Source: Candidatus Binataceae bacterium (GTDB lineage Bacteria > Desulfobacterota > Binatia > Binatales > Binataceae). Taken from it: a DNA stretch of 64,000 nt. The notes under the pieces are model-generated. The model was not told the DNA's origin, made no database searches, and worked only from the letters and a program-made list of their open reading frames with translations. The translations under genes were made by a program, and so were the position numbers. Below, one piece after another: positions 9,762 through 17,294 of the stretch. The DNA is taken from assembly GCA_030041155.1 (NCBI GenBank), contig JASHOJ010000157.1:8328-72327 (forward strand), in the 5' to 3' direction. Numbering within the stretch: position 1 is the first letter of the stretch; every line of letters begins with the position of its first letter.

Positions 9762-10426
9762 GCAACCCTCTGACCACGGCCAAGAAGTCGTTTGAATTCT
9801 ATTCCCGTCTGAATCTTACGCTACTTACGGGCCTGAAGGCCCATGATCTAGCGGAGATGGCGGCGATCCTGCGGCAGGTTCAAGGTTCAGTGATCTACCA
9901 TCACACGCACCACTTCCTCGTGCAGCATCAGCATCTCTCGCCCGAGCCGCCCAACGATTTCGCCTACTGGATTCGAAACATCCTGCTCGAGGAGCGGCTG
10001 GGCGAAGAATTGGCGGCAATCGACGTGATGCGCTTCTCGACCATTCGCGACCTGCGCGACGCAATCGTCGCGGTGATCGAAAACTTCATTGAGCGCACTG
10101 GAAATGTCCGCGCGGCGCCTGCCGGGCAGGAATTTCATTTCATGCGATCGGTTTCGTTTGTGATGCCGACCGGGCTTAGGGCGGCAAACCTGCTTGAGTT
10201 CCGCGACGCGCTGATGCAGGTGTCGCGGGGATCGATTGGTTATCACATGTTTGATGCCCGACTCCGCCTGGAACGCGACGACAATGATTTCGCGATGTGG
10301 CTGCAGGAGGAGCTCGGCGAAGACCAGCTCGCCGCCGCGCTTCGCAACCTCGATCCCTACACTCAGACCGAGCATGGGTTAAGGCGCAGGATGCTCGGGC
10401 TTATCAACCGGCGGTTGGAGAGTTGA
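9752..10426 (+). CDS. DUF5752-like protein built from two internal repeats
   Basis: 224 aa. Residues about 14-113 and about 128-222 are homologous to each other (F.F...TGL.A..L.E...L.QV..SI.YH...NDFA.W). Its TGA ends 1 nt before the treT ATG. The DUF5752 label is from memory and unverified. Confidence 0.6.
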   Translation: MTASNPLTTAKKSFEFYSRLNLTLLTGLKAHDLAEMAAILRQVQGSVIYHHTHHFLVQHQHLSPEPPNDFAYWIRNILLEERLGEELAAIDVMRFSTIRDLRDAIVAVIENFIERTGNVRAAPAGQEFHFMRSVSFVMPTGLRAANLLEFRDALMQVSRGSIGYHMFDARLRLERDDNDFAMWLQEELGEDQLAAALRNLDPYTQTEHGLRRRMLGLINRRLES

Positions 10427-10427
10427 A

Positions 10428-11654
10428 ATGGCGGCCACCTTGAAGGACTACATTCCGATCGTCGGCGAGGGCGTGGTGAGCGAGCTGGAGCTCCTTGGCG
10501 CGCGGCTGGCGGGCAAACGCGTGATCAACGTTAACTCCACGCGGGTGGGTGGCGGAGTGGCTGAAATCCTGGGACGGCTGATTCCGCTTCTGAACGAGGT
10601 CGGGCTCGATGCGCGATGGGAAGTGATTCAGGGCACCGAGGATTTTTTCGCTCTGACCAAGCATCTGCACAACGCGCTGCATGGCAAGTCGCACACGTTT
10701 ACCGCGCAGGACCACGCCGTATTCGACGACACGACCGCGCGCAATCTCAAGTCACTCGACCTGGACGGCGACATCATGTTCATCCACGATCCTCAGCCCG
10801 CCGGACTGGTCCGCAGGCGCGCCGAGGCTGGCGGAAGCTGGATCTGGCGCTGCCATATCGATCTGTCGGCGCCTGCGCCGGGCGCGTGGGAATTCATCGA
10901 GCCGCTGGTGCGCCAGTTCGACCTGAGCGTATTTTCATCGCCGCAATTCGCGCGCACTCTTTCGATTCCGCAGGTGCTGGTTTCCCCTTCCATCGATCCT
11001 TTGTCGGACAAAAACCGCGATCTCAGTCAGTCGGAGATAAACGACATCCTGTCGCGGCTGGGCGTACACAGCGACAAGCCGATTGTGACCCAGGTTTCGC
11101 GATTTGATCGTCTGAAGGATCCGGTCGGGGTGCTGGAAGCGTGGCGGCTGGCTCGCAGGCGGGTGGATTGCCAGCTAATTCTTGCTGGCGGCGGCGCCAC
11201 TGACGATCCCGAGGGCGCCGAGGTGCTGCGCGAAGTCCGCGAAAGGTCGGACAATGACCCCGACGTTCATGTGCTCGATCTGCCGCCGACCTCGAACATC
11301 GAAATCAACGCGATCCAGCGCGCCTCGACGGTGATTATCCAGAAGTCGCTGAAGGAGGGCTTCGGGCTCACGGTGTCGGAAGCGCTGTGGAAAGGCAAGC
11401 CGGTTATCGCCGGAGCGGCGGGCGGAATTCCCCTTCAAATCACGCACAAGTATTCGGGCATCCTGACCCACACCATCGAGGGTACGGCATTCTGGATAAA
11501 GCAGTTGTTATCGGAGCCGGAATTTGCGAATCGGCTCGGCACCAACGGACAAAATCACGTGCGCGCCAACTATCTGCTGACCCGGCACATGCGCGATTAC
11601 ATGCTCGCGTTCCTGTTCCTGGCAAATATCAACGAGGACGTCATCAAGCTGTAG
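10428..11654 (+). CDS. treT: trehalose glycosyltransferring synthase-type GT4 glycosyltransferase
   Basis: 408 aa. The N-terminus LKDYIPIVGEG...VINVNSTRVGGGVAEIL..LIPLLNEVGLDARWEVIQG..FF..TK.LHNALHG closely follows archaeal/thermophile TreT. GGAG RBS. Confidence 0.8.
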   Translation: MAATLKDYIPIVGEGVVSELELLGARLAGKRVINVNSTRVGGGVAEILGRLIPLLNEVGLDARWEVIQGTEDFFALTKHLHNALHGKSHTFTAQDHAVFDDTTARNLKSLDLDGDIMFIHDPQPAGLVRRRAEAGGSWIWRCHIDLSAPAPGAWEFIEPLVRQFDLSVFSSPQFARTLSIPQVLVSPSIDPLSDKNRDLSQSEINDILSRLGVHSDKPIVTQVSRFDRLKDPVGVLEAWRLARRRVDCQLILAGGGATDDPEGAEVLREVRERSDNDPDVHVLDLPPTSNIEINAIQRASTVIIQKSLKEGFGLTVSEALWKGKPVIAGAAGGIPLQITHKYSGILTHTIEGTAFWIKQLLSEPEFANRLGTNGQNHVRANYLLTRHMRDYMLAFLFLANINEDVIKL

Positions 11655-13470
11655 CGGTCGAGATGCTCTCGGGCATGTCGGATGAGCGATGGATGCATGG
11701 GCCCTCGTCGAGGGTCAGGTTATGCGCCGTGTTGATGAGCGACACGTGGGAGAACGCCTGCGGAAAGTTGCCGACCTGGCGTCCGAGCGCGAAGTCATAC
11801 TCCTCGGCTAAAAGGCCGACGTCGTTACGCAACGAGAGCAGCCGTTCGAAGATGTCTCGCGCCTCTTCGTATTGACCCGTCATCGCGAGATTGTCGGCTA
11901 GCCAGAAGGTACAGGCTAAAAAGGCGCCCTCGCCCGGCGGCAGTGTATCGATGCCCGACTCGGTGCCATAACGGCTGACAAGGCCGTCGTGCATCAGCTC
12001 GCGCTTGATTGCCTCCATTGTCGATACGACACGCGGATCCTTGGCCTTGAGGAAGCCGACCAGCGGGATCATCAGCAGCGAGGCGTCCAGTTCCTTCGCG
12101 CCGTAATACTGAACGAAAGCGCCACGTTCGGAGTCATAGCCGTGATTGCATACGTCGCGATGGATTTCCTCGCGGAGCGCGCGCCACCTCTCGGCGGGAC
12201 CGTCGAAGTGGAAGCGCTCGACCGCCTTGATCGCACGGTCCACGCCGACCCACGCCATCACCTTGGAATGGGTGAAGTGGCGCTTCTCACCGCGCATCTC
12301 CCAGATGCCGTTGTCCGGCTGCTTCCATCCGGTCTCCAGAAAATCCATCAACGCGCGCTGTACGCGCCAGATTTCGTCGCGCGGCTCAAGTCCACTGCGC
12401 ATCGCGACGTGCAGCGTATCCATCACCTCGCCGTAAACGTCGAGCTGTAGCTGAGAATGGGCCGCATTGCCGACACGAACCGGCTGGCTGTTCTCGTATC
12501 CGGGCAGCCACGGCACCTCGAATTCGGTGAGCATCCGATCTCCCATGATCCCGTACATGATCTGGGTTTCCTGGGGATGCCCGGCCACCGCCCGCACCAG
12601 CCATTCGCGCCACGCCTGGGCCTCGCCCGTGTAACCCGAGATGAGCAGGGCATAGAGCGTCAGCGTGGAATCGCGAAGCCAGCAGTAGCGATAATCCCAG
12701 TTGCGCGTTCCGCCCGGACTCTCCGGCAGCGAAGTGGTCGCCGCCGCCACCATCCCACCCGTCGGACCATAGGTCAGCGCCTTGAGCGTGATGAGCGATC
12801 GGAGCACAACCTCTCGCCATCGCCCCTGAGTGGTGCAGCGCGACGACCATTCTTTCCACCACGCCTCAGTCTCTTCGAGCGCGCGCAGGGGATGGCGCGA
12901 GCTGGGTTCCCTCAGATGCGACGGATACCAGGTGAGGCTAAATGGGATACTCTGGCGCTCGCGGACCTTGAACGTGGCGCACGTGGTGTAGTCCTCGCCG
13001 TGCAGCCGGGCCGGAGTGAGCAGCTTGATTCCATTGGGTCCGGCGATCGCTTTGATTGCATGGTCCTGCGACGTAACCCACGGCATCACGCGCCCGTAAT
13101 CGAATCGTAGCACCAACTCGCAGCGCATCGTAGGGTTTCCGGACACCCCCTGAACCACCCGCACCAGGTCAACGCGATCGCCTCGCTCGGCGAGCGGCAT
13201 GAAGTCGATTACCTTCGCGATCCCATCGTCGCATTCAAATTCCGTCTCCAGCACCAGAGTGTCGTCGCGATACTTGCGGCGCACCTGACGAACCGGACCC
13301 TCCGGCGCGATCAGCCATCTTCCGTGCTCGGGCTTGCCGAGAAGCGCCGCGAAACAGGCCGGCGAATCAAACCGCGGCATGCATAACCAATCGATAGACC
13401 CGTCGCGGCAGACCAGAGCGGCAGTGTGGGTGTTTCCGATTATCGCGTAGTCTTCGATTTTTCCCGGCAT
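11644..13470 (-). CDS. GH15 glycoside hydrolase (glucoamylase/trehalase-type)
   Basis: 608 aa. N-terminus IEDYAIIGNTHTAALV..GSIDWLC.PRFDSPA and WDYRYCWLRDS are typical of the GH15 family. 11-nt convergent overlap with treT. Confidence 0.8.
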   Translation of the reverse strand: MPGKIEDYAIIGNTHTAALVCRDGSIDWLCMPRFDSPACFAALLGKPEHGRWLIAPEGPVRQVRRKYRDDTLVLETEFECDDGIAKVIDFMPLAERGDRVDLVRVVQGVSGNPTMRCELVLRFDYGRVMPWVTSQDHAIKAIAGPNGIKLLTPARLHGEDYTTCATFKVRERQSIPFSLTWYPSHLREPSSRHPLRALEETEAWWKEWSSRCTTQGRWREVVLRSLITLKALTYGPTGGMVAAATTSLPESPGGTRNWDYRYCWLRDSTLTLYALLISGYTGEAQAWREWLVRAVAGHPQETQIMYGIMGDRMLTEFEVPWLPGYENSQPVRVGNAAHSQLQLDVYGEVMDTLHVAMRSGLEPRDEIWRVQRALMDFLETGWKQPDNGIWEMRGEKRHFTHSKVMAWVGVDRAIKAVERFHFDGPAERWRALREEIHRDVCNHGYDSERGAFVQYYGAKELDASLLMIPLVGFLKAKDPRVVSTMEAIKRELMHDGLVSRYGTESGIDTLPPGEGAFLACTFWLADNLAMTGQYEEARDIFERLLSLRNDVGLLAEEYDFALGRQVGNFPQAFSHVSLINTAHNLTLDEGPCIHRSSDMPESISTATA

Positions 13471-13637
13471 GGATTGATTTCAGCACATCAGGCGCGGTTA
13501 ACAACGCCAAATCTGCGCTGGAAAAACACGATTTTACCGTGAAAGAAATTGCTCGTAAAAACCCTTGTCCCTGAGTGATCGAGAGCGGAGCGAATCTTGC
13601 TCATTCCTTCGCGTTGCTGGCTTTCCCGAGGCAAAAC

Positions 13638-14315
13638 ATGAGCAGATTGCCGGCCTTCCCCTGCCCCGCCCTATTTGACTCTCTCAGTCACTCATCAATA
13701 CTCGCGGCCCGCAAGAGCTTGTCTGCCCTGCTTTGTTTATGCGTAACCGCATGCGCCTCGCAATCGAACTATGAGAATCGCAGGTTCTTCAGGCGGAGCG
13801 CGAGTTTATCGAGGGCCAATTTGTTTCAGGTCGACGCGGTTCTGAAGATGCACGGCATCGATGACGAGGCGAAGCTCGGGCGGGTTCCTCCGCAGACGCT
13901 CGGGCGATGGCTCGGCGTCGATGCGGTCGTGTACGGCAAGGTTATCCACTACGAGGCCTTCTATGCGCTTCTAGTCTCCGGATGGATACTCGGCGCCGAT
14001 GTGACGATGGTCTCGACGCACAATGGCGAACAATTATTTTACGCAACCGGCGACCGTTACGATGTAGACTTCGCACCCGCGTTTGACACACTCGATATTG
14101 CGATTAACTCGTGCCTGACGCTCCTGGAGCTGCGCGATGTGGTGCTGGCGCGCAACGAAGAGGAAGACGCGCGCGAGATTGTTCTTGGAATTCCGCGATC
14201 GAAGCGGCTGGAGGCGCAACTTATCGAGGAAGCCACCCGCGGCGAGGTGCGCTTCACGGATGATTGGCCTGACAAAGATCAGGAACTCGCGCGCGGGATA
14301 CCGCAGGGAGAGTGA
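13638..14315 (+). CDS. putative lipoprotein (DUF799/GNA1162-like)
   Basis: ATG 13638. Lipobox LCVTACAS. The central region ...LGVDAVVYGKVIHYE... resembles DUF799 lipoproteins, but the family call is weak. Confidence 0.5.
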   Translation: MSRLPAFPCPALFDSLSHSSILAARKSLSALLCLCVTACASQSNYENRRFFRRSASLSRANLFQVDAVLKMHGIDDEAKLGRVPPQTLGRWLGVDAVVYGKVIHYEAFYALLVSGWILGADVTMVSTHNGEQLFYATGDRYDVDFAPAFDTLDIAINSCLTLLELRDVVLARNEEEDAREIVLGIPRSKRLEAQLIEEATRGEVRFTDDWPDKDQELARGIPQGE

Positions 14316-14439
14316 CAGCGCGCGACTCCGCCATCGGGCGGGAAATTATTACTCCGTTCGCAGCCGATCCATTCGCGCTCGCGTTGTTATTCGGATGATT
14401 ACGCCGATTTCTCCGACTTGTGCCGCACAAGTTTGGCTG

Positions 14440-14455
14440 TGGCATCCGACTTGCT
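14440..14455 (+). promoter_or_regulatory. candidate sigma-54 (-24/-12) promoter
   Basis: TGGCAT-CCGAC-TTGCT, a full match to TGGCAY-N5-TTGCW. GC lies 59 nt upstream of ATG 14513. Confidence 0.55.
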
Positions 14456-14512
14456 GACCTAATGCTGTCCCTTACAGCTTCTCAGCCAGGATTTCGGGGA
14501 AAGGATATAGGC

Positions 14513-15484
14513 ATGTCAGTTTTTGCGGACGGGGCGGCGCTCAATCGCGCGGCGATAATCCTTGCGGGCGGCGACGGCACGCGACTGCGCGAACTAACTC
14601 GCTTCATCATGGGACACGATGTCCCGAAACAGTTTTGTGCTGTAACCAGTGACGAAACCCTGCTCGAGGAGACGCGGCATCGCGTTGAGCGCCTGGTGTC
14701 CCCGAAGAGGACTGTCGTTGTCGTCAACCGGCAGCATCAGTCATTTTACCAACCACTGCTGCCCGATCTGCCGCACTCGCTGCTAATCGAGCAGCCGAGT
14801 AATCGCGGCACGGCGACCGCAATCCTGTTCGGACTTCGGCGACTCGCATTTCTGGGGCGCGACACCGTAGTGGCAATCTTCCCTTCCGATCACTTTGTCG
14901 GTGACGATGAACGCTTCATGAGCCACGTCAGCAATGCGATGGCGGCGGTCGAGGACGCGCCGGACATGGCTGTCATCCTGGGTATCCAGCCCGACTCGCC
15001 CGAGACTTCGTTCGGATGGATCGAGCCGAACACCCGGCTTTCAATCTCGCGTTATGGCGTGTTAGGCGTGCGCCGCTTCTGGGAAAAGCCTCGCCCGGAA
15101 CTTGCTCAGCGCCTGTGGCGCGACGGATGCCTGTGGAACAGTTTCGTGATCATCGCGCGAGCGCCGCGCCTGCATGCGATGCTGGCGGAATGCACCTCGA
15201 AGCTGTTCGTGACATTCAACGCAGCGTTCGCTTCCACCGGCGAACGCCCGGAAGCCGCTATCGTAGAGGATCTGTTCAAGCGTCTGCCGGTCGTTGGATT
15301 TTCCGAGGAAGTGTTGTCGCGATGCCCCGCGAATCTGGCGGTTGAACCGGTAGAGGATGTGCGATGGAACGACCTTGGCGAGCCGGATCGAGTATTGCAC
15401 ACGCTGCGGACTATCGGTCACGAGCCGCAGTGGGTGAAATCTTACGTATATGAATGGCCCAGGGCTTTACGCGCGAACGTCTAG
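14513..15484 (+). CDS. sugar-1-phosphate nucleotidyltransferase (ManC-like, no isomerase domain)
   Basis: ATG 14513 with AAGGA RBS. N-terminus AIILAGGDGTRLRELT....PKQF is the NTP-transferase G-x-G-x-R-L motif. Confidence 0.8.
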   Translation: MSVFADGAALNRAAIILAGGDGTRLRELTRFIMGHDVPKQFCAVTSDETLLEETRHRVERLVSPKRTVVVVNRQHQSFYQPLLPDLPHSLLIEQPSNRGTATAILFGLRRLAFLGRDTVVAIFPSDHFVGDDERFMSHVSNAMAAVEDAPDMAVILGIQPDSPETSFGWIEPNTRLSISRYGVLGVRRFWEKPRPELAQRLWRDGCLWNSFVIIARAPRLHAMLAECTSKLFVTFNAAFASTGERPEAAIVEDLFKRLPVVGFSEEVLSRCPANLAVEPVEDVRWNDLGEPDRVLHTLRTIGHEPQWVKSYVYEWPRALRANV

Positions 15485-15496
15485 GCCATAAAGCGT

Positions 15497-15506
15497 CCCC
15501 CCCCCC
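15497..15506. repeat. homopolymeric C10 tract
   Basis: Ten consecutive C between convergent gene ends. Confidence 0.9.
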
Positions 15507-15510
15507 GCAG

Positions 15511-15546
15511 AGGTCGCGCCGCTTAGCCCCGCTGGCGGCGCGGCCT
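15511..15546. terminator. GC-rich hairpin between convergent genes (possible bidirectional terminator)
   Basis: AGGTCGCGCCGC / GCGGCGCGGCCT forms a 12-bp stem (one G:U) with a 12-nt loop. No clear U-tract. Confidence 0.45.
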
Positions 15547-17294
15547 CACTTTTTCTGAATCGGAACCAAAATCGCGACTGTTTCCGCCGGCATGACGGCG
15601 TGTTTGCCTGAAAGCGCGACTCCGTCCGTCGAGCTCGCTGCGATTTGAAGGTTGTAAATGTCGCTAGCAATTTCTATCTGCTGCGTGGATTGGGCAAAGT
15701 TACAGGCCACGTAACATCCGCCGCGCCGCACACACAGGCATCGCGCGGTTTCATCGAAGCGGATCTCGCTGTCGCCGAGGTCGGGATCGGTGAAATCGGA
15801 ATAGCGGCGGCGCAGCTCGATCATCGTGCGATACCATTCAAGGATCTCGCGATGAGCGGGGTTGAGTCGTTCCGACCAATTGAGCTTCGATCTTCTGAAA
15901 GTCTCCGGCTCCTGCGGGTCTGGAACTTGTTGGGCGTCCTGCGCCAGATATGAAAATTCCTTGCGGCGGCCGGCGGTGACCGCGGCGCCGAGGCGCGGAT
16001 CTGAATGATTGGTGAAATAAAGGAACGGGCTCGAAGCGTTCCACTCCTCGCCCTGGAACAGGAGGGGAACGTATGGCGACGTGAGAAGCAGCGCGGCGGC
16101 AATTTTGAGCATCGCGGGGCTGATCATCATGCCCAGCCGGTCGCCTTGCGCGCGATTTCCAACCTGATCGTGGTTCTGCAGGCATGCGACAAAGCGATCT
16201 GCCGGAAGCCCGGCGGCGGAGCGGCCATGAAGGCGTCCTCTGAACCTGGAGTAACGCCCGTCGTAAACGTAAGGCTGCACGAGCGACGTCGCTATATCGG
16301 CAAGGGCGCCAAAATCCGTGTAATAGTGCGCGCGATCGCCGGTCAGGTATGCATGGATCGCGTGATGAAAATCATCGCTCCACTGTGCGTCGATGCCGTA
16401 GCCGCCCGCCTCTCGCGCGGTCACGATGCGCGGCTGATTCAGGTCGCTCTCGGCAATGAGGACGAGCCGCCGGCCGAGATGCGCTTCGAGCGCGTGTACT
16501 TCCGTGGCAAGCTGCTCGAGAAAATGGATCGCCGACGAATCAAAGATGGCGTGAACCGCATCGAGCCTGAGCGCATCGAAATGATAGTCGCGCAGCCACA
16601 TCAGTGCGTTGTCGCATAGAAATCGCCGAACCTCCGCGGCATCCTCACCATCCAGATTTATCGCGTCACCCCATGGAGTCTTGTAGCGATCGGTCGCGTA
16701 CGGCCCAAAGATGCCGGTGTAATTCCCGTCTGGACCGAAGTGGTTGTAAACGACATCCAGAACGGCGGCCATGCCGCGAATGTGGCACTGGTTGACGAAG
16801 TTTTTAAGTCCGATTGGCCCGCCGTACTCATGATGGGGCGCGAACAGATCGACCCCGTCGTAGCCCCATCCATGCGCTCCCGGAAACTCAGCCACCGGCA
16901 TCAGTTCCACATGCGTGACGCCGAGATCTTTCAAATAATCAAGTTTTTCTATTGCGGATTCGAACGTGCCTTTGGGAGTGAACGTGCCTATATGGCATTC
17001 ATAGACAAGGGCGGAGGAAAGCGGCGGCGCATTCCATCCCGAGTCATTCCATTCAAAACATGAGAGGTCGAGCGGGCGCGAAGCGCCGTGCACACCATGC
17101 GGCTGCCACGATGATCTCGGATCTGGCACTGGATCGCGGCCGTCGAGGCTGAATGAGTAGTCGGATTGCGAAAGCTCGGGCGGTATTTCGCACGCCCACC
17201 ACCCGCCGCCGTGCTCGCTCATCGGCAGGCGCGCATCTCCGATAACCACTGCCGCGGCTTCCGCGCGCGGCGCCCATACCCGGCGGATACTCAC
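15546..17294 (-). CDS. treZ: malto-oligosyltrehalose trehalohydrolase
   Basis: 582 aa. GH13 motifs DVVYNHFGP, ALRLDAVHAI, LIAESDLN and QNHDQVGNR. 4-nt overlap with treY. Confidence 0.9.
   Translation of the reverse strand: MSIRRVWAPRAEAAAVVIGDARLPMSEHGGGWWACEIPPELSQSDYSFSLDGRDPVPDPRSSWQPHGVHGASRPLDLSCFEWNDSGWNAPPLSSALVYECHIGTFTPKGTFESAIEKLDYLKDLGVTHVELMPVAEFPGAHGWGYDGVDLFAPHHEYGGPIGLKNFVNQCHIRGMAAVLDVVYNHFGPDGNYTGIFGPYATDRYKTPWGDAINLDGEDAAEVRRFLCDNALMWLRDYHFDALRLDAVHAIFDSSAIHFLEQLATEVHALEAHLGRRLVLIAESDLNQPRIVTAREAGGYGIDAQWSDDFHHAIHAYLTGDRAHYYTDFGALADIATSLVQPYVYDGRYSRFRGRLHGRSAAGLPADRFVACLQNHDQVGNRAQGDRLGMMISPAMLKIAAALLLTSPYVPLLFQGEEWNASSPFLYFTNHSDPRLGAAVTAGRRKEFSYLAQDAQQVPDPQEPETFRRSKLNWSERLNPAHREILEWYRTMIELRRRYSDFTDPDLGDSEIRFDETARCLCVRRGGCYVACNFAQSTQQIEIASDIYNLQIAASSTDGVALSGKHAVMPAETVAILVPIQKK

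Noticed and set aside
13618-13633. TGGCTT-TCCCG-AGGCA with correct spacing before the lipoprotein gene
   Set aside because: The predicted transcription start would fall inside or after the ATG at 13638, and the -12 element (AGGC) is poor.
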